Part shown: positions 1-10,444 of the stretch, in pieces
Numbering within the stretch: position 1 is the first letter of the stretch
How the letters are laid out: each line of letters opens with the position of its first letter
Virus record (IMG/VR): IMGVR_UViG_3300021319_000137
Span: 1 to 64,000 of that record
Source of the DNA: a virus
Lineage: Duplodnaviria; Caudoviricetes
Direction: 5' to 3' (one strand)
DNA length: 64,000 nt
Translations under genes and position numbers: made by a program
The notes under the pieces: generated by a model
What the model was told of the DNA's origin: nothing
Database searches by the model: none
Seen by the model: the letters and a program-made list of their open reading frames with translations, nothing else

Positions 1-1560
1 CTAATCATGAATATAATGGGTTATCATGTTATCATATTCTGCTTTAAACGTATCAACGTCTTGTTGAATCTTTGAGAAGAAAGGATTAAGTACTTTTACA
101 CCACCTCTTCCCCAATATTGTAACTGGAGATTTAGCCATTTTTTCGCATTTTGTCGACCTTGTTCACCTGGTGCTATAATCTGTTCGTATTTTATTTCTC
201 GGAAACAAACTTGTTTAGTATATCCGACAGACACACTCCCCCATAAAGGATCTGAATCAGAGAGATTAAATAAAAACCTTGCCACCATTCTTTCAGGGGA
301 CTCGTTGCCAGGAAGCAATAGCACATTTCTTGCTTTTGCAATTTTTCTCATTTCTTTTTTCTGTTTTCGAACATCTCCATCTAGGAAGATAATAGAATAT
401 GGATAACCAAAAGCAGGAACACCCTTAGCAACCATTTCAACAAGAGTGCTACATGGTAGTGTGACATCAACGAACCTCAAGCAACGCGCTTTTGTCTTAA
501 GAATAACTTTAACAAACAATTCTGTTTCTTTGTCTTCAACATATACCGTGATTTTATTTTCGTTTTTCTTTGGTGCAATAGCTGTTACATTCAAATCTAA
601 AACAATGCCATTAAAATCGACATCATTTTTTATCATAATATTATCATCAGAACGTTTCAAGTAAATCATTCTTATCTGATTGAAAGTCTCAGAATGTAAT
701 TTCACTTCTTTGCACAAACCATCTACTGCTTTCAGCAGAGATATGGAATGTGTTGTAAAGATTATCTGAAGATTCAAGTTAGATGCATATTTCCTTAATA
801 CCTTAAGGAGTTCTACCTGTGATGCAGGATACATCGTTGCATCAAGTTCATCAATAGCAAGTATTCCACCTTGATAGGATGGATATTTGTCTTTTAGCCT
901 ATTGAAAGAAAATAAAGCCAATATAATTTTAGCAAGATTATCTTGCCCCATTGAATTTTGATTCCAATCGTACAATGCAGTACTTACACCCATTGACTGT
1001 TTATTTGTAGAAGATAAGCCTGTAGTGGATGTGATTTCTGTATTGGAAATTAAAATCCTGTTATGTAATTCCTTAAATCTTGCAACTTCAGTAGGAGTCA
1101 GCAATGTATCATCTGTTTTAACAATTTTTTCTTCTGCAAGCGGTACCAATCGTTTCAAACTAAGAAAAATAGTGGGGAATTGTATATAGCCATCACCTTT
1201 GCCTCTACTTCCTTTCTGCCAAAAGCGTACATTGGGATCTCCTGTACGTACAATACTTTCAATCTCAAACTGCTGACCATTATCAAAGATCAAAGTCCAT
1301 TCATGCTCTTTGGGCTTATCAAAAATAGGGGAAAGACGGAATTTATCGCTGAACGCAGACCGATAACTACCACCACACAATGGTTTTTCTCCATACATAG
1401 GGTTCTCTTGGGGGATAGAAAACGTCTGTGTTATCATACCCAAAAGGGTTGACTTCTGTGTTCCATTCTGACCTGCGATAGCCGTCAGTTGACTGCCGAG
1501 TTCAAACTCTTGTTCTTTAAAGCCTCTAAATCTACGTATATTTACTCTCTCTATCTTCAT
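1..1560 (-). CDS. ABC/OLD-type ATPase with C-terminal TOPRIM-like domain (putative defence effector)
   Basis: Walker A-like GQNGTQKST, Walker B IDELD, H-loop FTTHS; C-terminal VYVEDKETE ... FLDGD resembles TOPRIM acidic motifs. Confidence 0.75.
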   Translation of the reverse strand: MKIERVNIRRFRGFKEQEFELGSQLTAIAGQNGTQKSTLLGMITQTFSIPQENPMYGEKPLCGGSYRSAFSDKFRLSPIFDKPKEHEWTLIFDNGQQFEIESIVRTGDPNVRFWQKGSRGKGDGYIQFPTIFLSLKRLVPLAEEKIVKTDDTLLTPTEVARFKELHNRILISNTEITSTTGLSSTNKQSMGVSTALYDWNQNSMGQDNLAKIILALFSFNRLKDKYPSYQGGILAIDELDATMYPASQVELLKVLRKYASNLNLQIIFTTHSISLLKAVDGLCKEVKLHSETFNQIRMIYLKRSDDNIMIKNDVDFNGIVLDLNVTAIAPKKNENKITVYVEDKETELFVKVILKTKARCLRFVDVTLPCSTLVEMVAKGVPAFGYPYSIIFLDGDVRKQKKEMRKIAKARNVLLLPGNESPERMVARFLFNLSDSDPLWGSVSVGYTKQVCFREIKYEQIIAPGEQGRQNAKKWLNLQLQYWGRGGVKVLNPFFSKIQQDVDTFKAEYDNMITHYIHD

Positions 1561-1562
1561 GT

Positions 1563-2435
1563 TTAAACCAGTAACGCGTTGTTTAATCGTGAAATAGACT
1601 CGCTAAAGCTAAGCCTATCGTCAAAAATCAAAAGTTCATCACCTACTCTATTAGATGTACAGTGAGCCAAATGGTATAACACTTTCTTGTTATTCTCATA
1701 AAGTTGCTTAATGAATTCTTGATTATCATATGATATTATCCACTTCTTGTGCATGGTCTTTACATAATCAGCTAATTCCTTATGGTCATCATCACAGAAT
1801 GAATTCATATACAAATCCGAACCTTTCTTGTAATATGGAGGGTCCAGATAAATGAAAATATTCCTTTTCAATTTTTCTAATTGCCTAACAAAATCAATAC
1901 CATCCAGATTTGAAAGATGAATTCGATGCGAGAATCTTTTTATATCTCGAATACGGTCAATCAACTCGGTTTTATTAAAACGAGCGTTTATCTTGTATTT
2001 CCCTGTTTGATTAACGCCGCCAATCATACCACCCGATATGACTCCAGATACGTTTGTTCTATTTAAAAAAAATGTTGATTTTGCCAGATCAAAGGTATCT
2101 GCTATCTTATAATTAGTTTGAACTTGTCTATAAAAAGCCCATTGCTCTACAGTAATGGGAACTTGTTCTATCCAATCGCAAAAATCATCAGCCCTAGTTA
2201 GCACAACACACCAAAATGCATATATGGAAGGGTTTAAGTCATTAATATAGATATCTCCAACAAATTCATCCATCATCAGCCTTAAGGCAAGACCACAACC
2301 ACCTGCATAAGGTTCGGCATAGTCAGTTCCAATCAAGTTATTTTCCTCAAGGAATTGGGTCATAAACTTGAAAATGCATCCTTTGCCGCCAGGGTAACGC
2401 AAAGGAGACCTAAATATACGCCTATTACCTTCCAT
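1563..2435 (-). CDS. Dam-like (D12 class) N6-adenine DNA methyltransferase
   Basis: SPLRYPGGK, EPYAGG, NDLN and DPPY motifs. Confidence 0.9.
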   Translation of the reverse strand: MEGNRRIFRSPLRYPGGKGCIFKFMTQFLEENNLIGTDYAEPYAGGCGLALRLMMDEFVGDIYINDLNPSIYAFWCVVLTRADDFCDWIEQVPITVEQWAFYRQVQTNYKIADTFDLAKSTFFLNRTNVSGVISGGMIGGVNQTGKYKINARFNKTELIDRIRDIKRFSHRIHLSNLDGIDFVRQLEKLKRNIFIYLDPPYYKKGSDLYMNSFCDDDHKELADYVKTMHKKWIISYDNQEFIKQLYENNKKVLYHLAHCTSNRVGDELLIFDDRLSFSESISRLNNALLV

Positions 2436-3690
2436 GCGATTCCTTTAACATTGCGCCTAAAATAATGGAAATACCCATGGCTTTTTCCGAAGAAATAGAC
2501 GATTGATAATTATGGGCACCTGTATGAAATAATTGAGGTAATGTCTCTTGTAAAATATTATGTTCATGCAAGAAAGTTTTGACATCTTTGCTAAGCCCTT
2601 TTTTTGCAAGAGGATAGAACTTTTCTATGTATTCGTCAATTGCCTTTTTACCGGTGAATCCACAATCAGCAGCAGCAGTTTCACACAATAAACGCAAACT
2701 CATTCTAAAAATCGCATATATTTTAGGAGAAAAAGCCTTCTTATTACTATCAACATAATCATAAAGGGATAATATATCACTATAAAGATTGTTGACATCA
2801 CCAGACTTTAAAATTAACTTTTCACCAAAGAATGGTTGTTTCGTTTTTCTGGTAATTGGTGTTTTCCTTTGTGGTGGGGCCATTGTTGCCTCAACAGAAT
2901 CACCCTCATATTTCTTTACAGTTGGATTGTAGAGACGAAGGGGGGACTGTTTGTTGCTTTCAATGATCTCTTTAGAGCGTTGATCCAACACTAGTAGAAG
3001 ATTACCACGATTGACACGAGTAGTGATCTTTTTATTCTTAACTTGCTGATAAATGTCATTCAATAATGTCCATACCTCTTCGTCCGAATGGCGTGTTTTG
3101 AGTTTGGCCCCATCAAGTTCTAACCCCATTCTTGAAAGAATGCTATCTGTAAGAATCTCTTTGCGTACAAAACCTTGATTAAGCTCAGGATGTTTCGTAA
3201 TAAACCCTCCAGTAGCTTCATCTAAACGGAGGAATGTACTTTTTTCTTCACCAAGATACTTTGATGCAAAAATATCTCGTTCCAAAGGTTGCCAAGTATT
3301 TCTGAGTTGAACATGTTTACGGTAAATGCTTTTCAATGCTATATCTTCAGAGCACACATTGCAAGGCAGCACATCTGGCACTGTAGGCAATATTACAGTT
3401 AACCCATCAGCTTTTACATATCCTAATTTAATTTTTGCCAAAACGACCCTGCGATTACCATCATAGACAATAGGCTTGCCATTTTTATAAACCACAATTG
3501 GCAATTCGCTAAAATCATAGTAATCCCCCATCTCTTTTGCAAGTTTGTTCAATTCCCATTTTGCAAGAGGGTCATTTATTGCGCGATTAACAACATCTTG
3601 ATCTTTTGCAGAAGAATCAATAGGATCACGTGGATTCTCTGTCCACAAGACCAAATCTTTAATCTTAATATTTTTGATTTCTTGGCTCAT
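2425..3690 (-). CDS. ParB/sulfiredoxin-like N-terminal domain protein
   Basis: ENPR near the N-terminus, LPIVV...VYDGNRRV ParB-like motif; overlaps the methylase start. Confidence 0.65.
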   Translation of the reverse strand: MSQEIKNIKIKDLVLWTENPRDPIDSSAKDQDVVNRAINDPLAKWELNKLAKEMGDYYDFSELPIVVYKNGKPIVYDGNRRVVLAKIKLGYVKADGLTVILPTVPDVLPCNVCSEDIALKSIYRKHVQLRNTWQPLERDIFASKYLGEEKSTFLRLDEATGGFITKHPELNQGFVRKEILTDSILSRMGLELDGAKLKTRHSDEEVWTLLNDIYQQVKNKKITTRVNRGNLLLVLDQRSKEIIESNKQSPLRLYNPTVKKYEGDSVEATMAPPQRKTPITRKTKQPFFGEKLILKSGDVNNLYSDILSLYDYVDSNKKAFSPKIYAIFRMSLRLLCETAAADCGFTGKKAIDEYIEKFYPLAKKGLSKDVKTFLHEHNILQETLPQLFHTGAHNYQSSISSEKAMGISIILGAMLKESHGR

Positions 3691-3707
3691 AATACTTTTC
3701 TAAAAAC

Positions 3708-4334
3708 TCAATACAACATTCTTAAAAACTTCTTCAGCGGTTCCAAATATCCTGCATCCAAATCCCAGTGTTGGGTGTTCTCATAATTGCGATTCGCGTC
3801 TTTTATCAGTTTCTTCTGAGTCCTGGACTTACCTAATAGAGTCTCAAGATATGCATATATCTTGGTCTTCTTGGCGGGGATGGTCAACGTGGGAGGCGTT
3901 TTCGTCGGGATTCGTACCTCTCCAAGTTTTTCTTCGTAAGTCTTCCAGCAATCCATTACGGGTTGATTATTAGGATTGATGATATTTTCAAGTAAGTCTT
4001 CCAATGCGCCAGCATCCTTGTCATTGGGCAATAGGAACAGCTCAAACTCTACGCCAAATTCTTCCTTGATAGCAAGTAGTTCGGAACGACGGGCTCCTGG
4101 ATCCTCGTCAGCATCGAAGATGACGAGGTTGATACCGCCAAGGTCGGTGTTTTGACGCATGGTGCCAATGGCATCTTCAGACCTCAACTTCTGATACCCT
4201 CCAGTGTCTCCGTCTTTGCCAGGATGCGAAATGCTGCCCTTAGGAGCCTTTTCATTAAACAAGTGGTGATAATAGTCCTCGAAGAACTTCTTGTCAGCAT
4301 CACCCTCCACTATTATCTGAAATCTCACCATCAT
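3708..4334 (-). CDS. DUF3226-like TOPRIM-fold protein
   Basis: IIVEGDAD, IFDAD and LPND..GALEDLL motifs; 4-nt overlap with the upstream ATPase. Confidence 0.7.
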   Translation of the reverse strand: MMVRFQIIVEGDADKKFFEDYYHHLFNEKAPKGSISHPGKDGDTGGYQKLRSEDAIGTMRQNTDLGGINLVIFDADEDPGARRSELLAIKEEFGVEFELFLLPNDKDAGALEDLLENIINPNNQPVMDCWKTYEEKLGEVRIPTKTPPTLTIPAKKTKIYAYLETLLGKSRTQKKLIKDANRNYENTQHWDLDAGYLEPLKKFLRMLY

Positions 4335-5407
4335 ACTAGTCCTCTAAGTTCAACATCATTTGCACAAGCTCCATTCAATCCCTCATAAGTATACTTGTAA
4401 GCTTGATGTCCCTTAAGTGGGGTCTTGGCTAACGTATAGAGGCGCATTTCCTTCTGATACTCAACGTGCTCTTCCAACATTTCGTTGAGATAACTCAGTG
4501 TTTCCTTGCTATGAGTAGTCACAAACACCTGTTTGTTCGTTGATGTTGCCAATGCAAAGATTGCCTCCCATAATTTCTTGTAAGCGGAATAATGAAGGCC
4601 GTTGTCTATCTCGTCAATGAGAATGATATTATTTATAGGGTTGGCAGCAGCAGCAACAATATTCAAGAACCGACGCATACCATCGCCCATCATATTGACA
4701 GTCAATAATTGGTCAATTCCGTCCATACTGATGTATGCCACATTATTCAAGATTTCGACTGCAGTAATACGACTATCGAAACTTTTCATGTATTCCGCAA
4801 CCATATCCTTCCTTTTTCGTTTAATCAATTCCACAAGATCATTAGAGGGATTGCCTGCAGATAGGTCAGCTGACAAAAAAGCAACACTATTCTTTTCTAA
4901 ATAATCCTCTGCCAGTTTCTTATTAGAAACTATACCTTGCTGATTGACTGTGATACTACACTCGTAAGCGCTTTTCTGTTGACTGGATTCAACATCAAAA
5001 TTAATCTTTAGCGTATTCAAGAAAGTCTTCGTCTCAGAAGTCGGAATCTGTCCCTCCTGTAAGCCGACCTGTGCGTTTTCATCAAACATATAAGTCATCC
5101 CTAACGTCAGATGACGCTTAGTATCATCAAACAGTTCCGATGCAATCTCAGGCTTCACCTTCAAGTCATAATTATGGAATAGATAACCCAAGTCTGCAAA
5201 ACTGCTATAATTGCGAGACCTAAAGGAATTGATATTCTGAGGCAGGTTAGGATTTGACATCCCCATCATCAGAAACAGACATTCAAGCACTGAAGATTTG
5301 CCCGAGCTGTTCTGTCCCAGGAACACATTGACACGCGAAAAATCATCAATCTTCAAGTGGTCAATACCCCTGAAATTTTTGATCTCTATATTTTTGAATC
5401 CGTCCAT
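4331..5407 (-). CDS. AAA_15/AAA_21 ABC-type ATPase
   Basis: GQNSSGKS, signature-like MGDGMRR, LIDEIDNGLH, TTHS. Confidence 0.85.
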   Translation of the reverse strand: MDGFKNIEIKNFRGIDHLKIDDFSRVNVFLGQNSSGKSSVLECLFLMMGMSNPNLPQNINSFRSRNYSSFADLGYLFHNYDLKVKPEIASELFDDTKRHLTLGMTYMFDENAQVGLQEGQIPTSETKTFLNTLKINFDVESSQQKSAYECSITVNQQGIVSNKKLAEDYLEKNSVAFLSADLSAGNPSNDLVELIKRKRKDMVAEYMKSFDSRITAVEILNNVAYISMDGIDQLLTVNMMGDGMRRFLNIVAAAANPINNIILIDEIDNGLHYSAYKKLWEAIFALATSTNKQVFVTTHSKETLSYLNEMLEEHVEYQKEMRLYTLAKTPLKGHQAYKYTYEGLNGACANDVELRGLV

Positions 5408-5448
5408 CGTCTTAATTAGTAAAGATTGTTAACTATGTCAACAGATGA

Positions 5449-5670
5449 TTAATTGTTCTGTGAATCGAATGTCATTTCTATCAAGTCTTTGATATCAACC
5501 TGAAGAAGTCGGGCAATTTCTACGAACTGAGCCATTGAGGGCTGTGTCTTGTTAGTTTTCCACCGGGATACAGTCATATCTGTGACACCCATCTGCTCGG
5601 CAAGCCATCTGTTGGTGATTTGCTTATCAGCCAACACCACTCTGATTCGGTTGTTGCAATCCTTCTTCAT
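5449..5670 (-). CDS. XRE/Cro-like HTH regulator heading the defence operon
   Basis: NRIRVVLADKQITNRWLAEQMGVTDMTVSRW HTH_3 pattern. Confidence 0.85.
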   Translation of the reverse strand: MKKDCNNRIRVVLADKQITNRWLAEQMGVTDMTVSRWKTNKTQPSMAQFVEIARLLQVDIKDLIEMTFDSQNN

Positions 5671-5699
5671 CTTTATTTATGGACTAAATTATTCCTGTG

Positions 5700-5707
5700 C
5701 AAAGATA
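5700..5707 (-). promoter_or_regulatory. Bacteroidetes -7 promoter element for the leftward operon
   Basis: TATCTTTG on the minus strand (TAnnTTTG consensus) about 30 nt upstream of the HTH start. Confidence 0.65.
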
Positions 5708-6122
5708 TACAATAATTGACAAACTACCTAACATTAATGTTGAAAGTTATCTCATTTTTGGCACTTTTTGCCTTCTATCTGTTTGTTTAGTCTCCAGCCC
5801 CACCACATTCAATTCTGCATATTTACATTTACTACGTTCCATTGCTAAATTATCTCAATGTGAACTCAATCTATTTTTCTTTTGCCAAAACAATGATGCA
5901 TACCAGTCAAAGCAAAATGATTTTTGTCTTCGCTATTATATGAATCAACGCTAAAGAATGAGGTCAGGCGGGTCTTGTTCCCTTATCCATGTATTGAAAC
6001 GTGAAAAACGCTGCTGGGGAGTCCTGGGAACCTTATCCATGAGGGAGATAGCCGCCTTACCTATGCTGAAATGAAGAAAATGGGGATGAGAAAGCCTAGT
6101 CCCCCTATAAACGAAATACAAA

Positions 6123-6485
6123 ATGATACAGATGTTGTTAAATTCCATGTTCTCAGCTTTTCCTGGGATATGGACCGAGCCAAAGAAGGATGATGTTAGC
6201 GCACCCATACCGGAGGCTAAGGAAAAAAGTGAATGTGCGCCGGTGGGAAAGGTAAAACAAAACCCTCTCACCGAAGATATCAAGAGACTAGAGGAAGCCT
6301 TTTCAAATGGGCGACCTTTAGAGAGTGGGATGGAGATAAATGTGACTCTCCAGGAACTACTCAGAATCGTGCCCAGAAATAGACCCCGTAAGGATGCATA
6401 CAAACATTTACAGAGGGTTTTGAAGGATGAAATGGGCGTGATCTTAACCATTAAAAGCAGAAAAGATGGCAAGAAAAAAGATTAA
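6123..6485 (+). CDS. hypothetical small basic protein (paralogue of 6913-7233)
   Basis: ORF in a tightly packed operon; similar C-terminal half to 6913-7233. Confidence 0.6.
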   Translation: MIQMLLNSMFSAFPGIWTEPKKDDVSAPIPEAKEKSECAPVGKVKQNPLTEDIKRLEEAFSNGRPLESGMEINVTLQELLRIVPRNRPRKDAYKHLQRVLKDEMGVILTIKSRKDGKKKD

Positions 6486-6903
6486 GAAGATTTGGCTGAT
6501 GGGAAAGCTGCGGGAACTATTGTATGATGCCCCAGAGAATTTTGAATGGAGCGTAAACCATGAACTCAAGAAAATCGCCAATGGAAAGGATCTAAGCGGT
6601 TTTAAGGTAACTGTTGATGAGCCGAACAATAAAGTGAAGTTCTGGTGGCCGATAATCCTTAAAGAGTTCGAGGATGATAGTGAAAACCTACCCCAACCAT
6701 TGATGTGGCTGATTTTGGGACAGGGAAGGCCTTCATTGGGGTTAAATGTACCTAACTTCCCCGGCTTCTTATTCTACTTCTATATCCCGGACATCATTCA
6801 GGATTACAAGAGACTAGCCAGACAGAACCATGCTTCGAGAATAAAAGGCATGGTATTATCTCATTCCAATACAAGAGGGATGGAGATGGAACTACAATTT
6901 TAA
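6466..6903 (+). CDS. hypothetical protein
   Basis: 145-aa ORF overlapping its neighbour in an operon. Confidence 0.6.
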   Translation: MARKKIKKIWLMGKLRELLYDAPENFEWSVNHELKKIANGKDLSGFKVTVDEPNNKVKFWWPIILKEFEDDSENLPQPLMWLILGQGRPSLGLNVPNFPGFLFYFYIPDIIQDYKRLARQNHASRIKGMVLSHSNTRGMEMELQF

Positions 6904-6912
6904 TTTTTACTG

Positions 6913-7233
6913 ATGAATAACGATTCCAGTTATTACCACAATCCCATAGTAGAAGAGAGGTATTTCGCTATGGATGTCGAATCGCTAAAGCAGTATGATG
7001 AACAGTTTAGAAAAGCCTATGAGACAGGAGAAAAGTATGAGTTCACGATCAAGCTTAGCGATATCATTGAAATCTGCCCTCGTCATAAACAGGAAAGAGA
7101 GCAGTACAGAAGATTTATCAGGTTCTTAGCATCGAAGAATATCACAATGAACCTGGTAAGCAGAAAGAAAGGTCATAAGGATCTTTCTGAAAACAAATTA
7201 AATCATAAAGACAATGGAAAAAGTATCAATTAA
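6913..7233 (+). CDS. hypothetical small basic protein
   Basis: ORF in operon; resembles 6123-6485. Confidence 0.6.
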   Translation: MNNDSSYYHNPIVEERYFAMDVESLKQYDEQFRKAYETGEKYEFTIKLSDIIEICPRHKQEREQYRRFIRFLASKNITMNLVSRKKGHKDLSENKLNHKDNGKSIN

Positions 7234-7624
7234 GAAGGAAACGGAAATGATAACAAATTATACACCTTCGAAAGACACGGAAGAACATGTGGGATTTATC
7301 TATATGAGAAGCATTATCATAGATGGAGTGAAGTTCATTTATATTGGTGAGTCATCTAACATGCTTGACAGGAATTACCACTGGAGATGCTTAAAGGTAG
7401 AGTATGGAGGAAAGAGAATTGAAAAAGCCAGAAAAGAACATGATCCTTCAAATTGGATGTGGGATGTCCTGGAAAGAGTTGAAGCTAATAGTGCCGATGA
7501 ACTTGAGGAGAAACTTAAACAGAAAGAGGCCGAATATATCATCAAATACGAGTCTTACAAGGAAGATAAAGGCTTTAACAGTACTCGTGGATTATCTCAG
7601 TATCTTAACGGAAATGCTGCTTGA
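7214..7624 (+). CDS. GIY-YIG-like nuclease
   Basis: GFIY...IYIGES motif followed by R and a conserved E/GFN. Confidence 0.65.
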   Translation: MEKVSIKKETEMITNYTPSKDTEEHVGFIYMRSIIIDGVKFIYIGESSNMLDRNYHWRCLKVEYGGKRIEKARKEHDPSNWMWDVLERVEANSADELEEKLKQKEAEYIIKYESYKEDKGFNSTRGLSQYLNGNAA

Positions 7625-7701
7625 TAGATGAAAAACGGATGGGACGGGTCTGAAGCGAAAGTTTTGGACCCTCCTTCTTGAATAACAAATTGATAAAGAA
7701 A

Positions 7702-9597
7702 ATGAAAAAGATAGACATTAATGTGCCCATTCAATACAGACACTTATCGGAATGGACGGAATTTGGTGACATTTTGCCGGAAGGACACATAATACTGAAT
7801 AAGAACATTACCGGCTGTGGATGTACTGTGTTTTTCCTGACTAACGATAAACCCGTCATTCTTGCAAGTCCGAGAATAAGCCTCATCAAAAGTAAACTCA
7901 AAGATAAAAACATCAAGAGAAAGCTTTTCTATTTCGACAGGAGTGACGGGAACAAGGATTTGAGCGAAACAATAGCAGAAATGGACAAGTATCTTCAGAG
8001 TTGTGGCCCCAATCCTTTCAATGATCTGCCTAATGTACCGAAGATATTGTCCACATTCGATTCCCTCTTCAACGTCCTGAATGCTTTAAGGGCCAGGAAC
8101 ATGTTAGACCAGTTTACTATCGTCGTGGATGAATGGACTTGTATCTTCACTGACGTAAGAATGAAGGGGTCCACTGTAATCAACTTCCTTCATACGCTAA
8201 AAAGTCTGCCCAATAGAATAGTAAACATATCAGCTACTCCTTTGAACATGGTCTATCTTGATCTTATGGAGGAGTTCAGTGGTATGGAATATGTTACACT
8301 TGAATGGGACCCGTCGATGAAGGAAGATATTGATGTGGTTCCCAGGAAGATGAGAAGTACAGTGTCCGCCATTGATCAGATTATCCAGGATTACCGGCAG
8401 AGAGGCTTTTTCAACACTTTGGACGGTGAATCTATCTACTCGACTGAAGCGGTTTTCTTCTTGAACAGTGTAAGGGACATCTGCACCGTCATAGACCATA
8501 ATAAACTCAAACCTTCCGAGACCCTGGTAATATGTGCCGAAGATAAGAAGAACAGGACATCCTTGAGAAGTGTAGGTCATTCCATCGGTGCTGCTCCAGG
8601 AGAGGATGAGTATAAGACGATGAACAAGCCTTTCACATTCGTAACCAAGTGCAGTTTTGAAGGGACAGACTTTTATTCTGACTGTTCAACGACCTATGTA
8701 TTCGGAGATAGCAACAAAGAGCACCTGCAATTGGATATATCGATAGACCTTCCTCAGATAGCTGGAAGATGCCGAACCAAGACCAACCCATTCCGTAAAG
8801 AGATATTCTACTATTACAAGAACACAAGTCTCGAGAAGGGAATGGATGAGAAGCAGATGATCCAGGAAATCAATGACAAGAGAAATGATACCCTCAAACA
8901 GGTAGAGAAACTATCGGATATCACTGACCTTAGCATCCTTGACAATTTCGTGGTTGCTCAGGACAGATTAAGATACACTAAAAGCTATCTTGACGTTGAG
9001 AGAATTGGTCAGGGTTCAGGCAAAGCTATCTGTAATGACCTAGCCTATATCGCTGACCTAAGAGCCGTAGAGATAAAGATGGAACAGTATAAAAGCAAAC
9101 TACATGTTCTCAATTCTCTAGACAATAATGGCTTCAATCCTATCGATATGGCAAAGCAGGAATATCAGATGTTCAGGGAGGATTTCTTTAAGGACGACAA
9201 CTTTGAGCACCAGATGAAAGCTATTGTCGATGCTGTTGAGAGATGTTCCGAAGTCCTGCCTATGATAGAAACCTCACCTTCTGTCCCCACTGAGTTTAAG
9301 AAGTATTATCGTGAACTTGGGCCGGAACAGATAAAAAAGGCAGCATATATCGAGGCTAATCTTAAACGGCTGCTCTCCAATGCATCCAAGGTCAGTGGTA
9401 TGAGTCTAAACATAACCCCCGGCGATATATATACCAATGCCGAACTAAAAACGATGATCCAGGCTGAATATGACCGTCTTTCAATCATTAAGACAGCCAA
9501 AGCAACGGACATCACCCAGTATGCCCATGTCCAGAAAGTAAAACTCACGAGGGATGGGAAGAGAATAAACTGTTATAAAATAATTGAACTAATATGA
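7702..9597 (+). CDS. SF2 (DEAD-like) helicase of a Bacteroidales mobile element
   Basis: Degenerate motif I (TGCGCT), VVDEW, SATP, SFEGTDF, QIAGRCR; ATG at 7702 preferred over the TTG at 7678. Confidence 0.7.
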   Translation: MKKIDINVPIQYRHLSEWTEFGDILPEGHIILNKNITGCGCTVFFLTNDKPVILASPRISLIKSKLKDKNIKRKLFYFDRSDGNKDLSETIAEMDKYLQSCGPNPFNDLPNVPKILSTFDSLFNVLNALRARNMLDQFTIVVDEWTCIFTDVRMKGSTVINFLHTLKSLPNRIVNISATPLNMVYLDLMEEFSGMEYVTLEWDPSMKEDIDVVPRKMRSTVSAIDQIIQDYRQRGFFNTLDGESIYSTEAVFFLNSVRDICTVIDHNKLKPSETLVICAEDKKNRTSLRSVGHSIGAAPGEDEYKTMNKPFTFVTKCSFEGTDFYSDCSTTYVFGDSNKEHLQLDISIDLPQIAGRCRTKTNPFRKEIFYYYKNTSLEKGMDEKQMIQEINDKRNDTLKQVEKLSDITDLSILDNFVVAQDRLRYTKSYLDVERIGQGSGKAICNDLAYIADLRAVEIKMEQYKSKLHVLNSLDNNGFNPIDMAKQEYQMFREDFFKDDNFEHQMKAIVDAVERCSEVLPMIETSPSVPTEFKKYYRELGPEQIKKAAYIEANLKRLLSNASKVSGMSLNITPGDIYTNAELKTMIQAEYDRLSIIKTAKATDITQYAHVQKVKLTRDGKRINCYKIIELI

Positions 9598-10434
9598 GTG
9601 ATATTGAAGTTACGTATTTCAACAATATTTGGGATGTCAATAATTTCGATTACAAAAAGTGCTGCCGGATTTCAACGATTATCTCCAGAATGAAAGATCC
9701 AAACAGTAAGATTGCCCAAAAGATCAGTGTTGTCCGGCCAATAACGGATGATAAACTGAGAAAAGAAGCCAAGAAATCATTACCGGTCATCATGTGGCAA
9801 GGTATATTTCACCATAGAAGTAATAATGGCTGTGCTTTTCTTACCGGTCTCATGTGTATCGATGTTGACCATAAGACTGATGAGGAACTGAAGAAGATTA
9901 AACAGACGGTAATGGGATGGGACTGTACCTATTGTTGTTTCAAGAGTCCAAGCGATGATGGATTGAAGGTAGTTATTAAAACAGACAACATTAGCCTCAT
10001 CCATTACGGCAACTTTTATCGTCAGGTGGAGCAGATATTCATTAATCAGTTCGGGATAGAGCCGGATGATGACTGTGAAGATGTCGGGAGAGCATGTTAT
10101 TGTAGTTTTGACCCAGATCTCTATTATAATCCCAATGCTATTCCCCTCCATCTCGATTATAACCCGAAATACGATAAACAAGAGTCTGAACATAGCAAAA
10201 CATCGGCTTCATACTCACAGCCTCTGATTACTCCCACTGAAAGATTCATTGCCCGTCTTAATAGTCTGCGTAACCCCATGACGGACGAACAGATCATTAA
10301 GATTCTCGACATCAGGTTTCAAAAGTTCCAGGACAACTACATCGATGGGAATAGGACCCATAGCATCTTCATTCAAGCTAAAGGACTATGTGAAGCCGGT
10401 ATCGATATTGAGAAAGCTATAAACTATCTCGAAT
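9594..10434 (+). pseudogene. BT4734/VirE-N primase-like gene, 5' part, interrupted by the prophage
   Basis: KKSLPVIMWQG, GLMCIDVD, FKSPSDDGLK, D.GRACY.SFDP motifs; the frame continues at 49351. Confidence 0.8.
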
Positions 10435-10444
10435 TAAGGGGCGG

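Noticed and set aside
5697-6472. ORFs 5697-5954 (+) and 5951-6472 (-)
   Set aside because: Low-complexity promoter-region or antisense frames with no protein-like features
10431-10435. Canonical 5-bp Mu duplication with TG...CA ends
   Set aside because: Flanks CGAAT/AGAAT and GAATT/GAATC mismatch; only GAAT is duplicated
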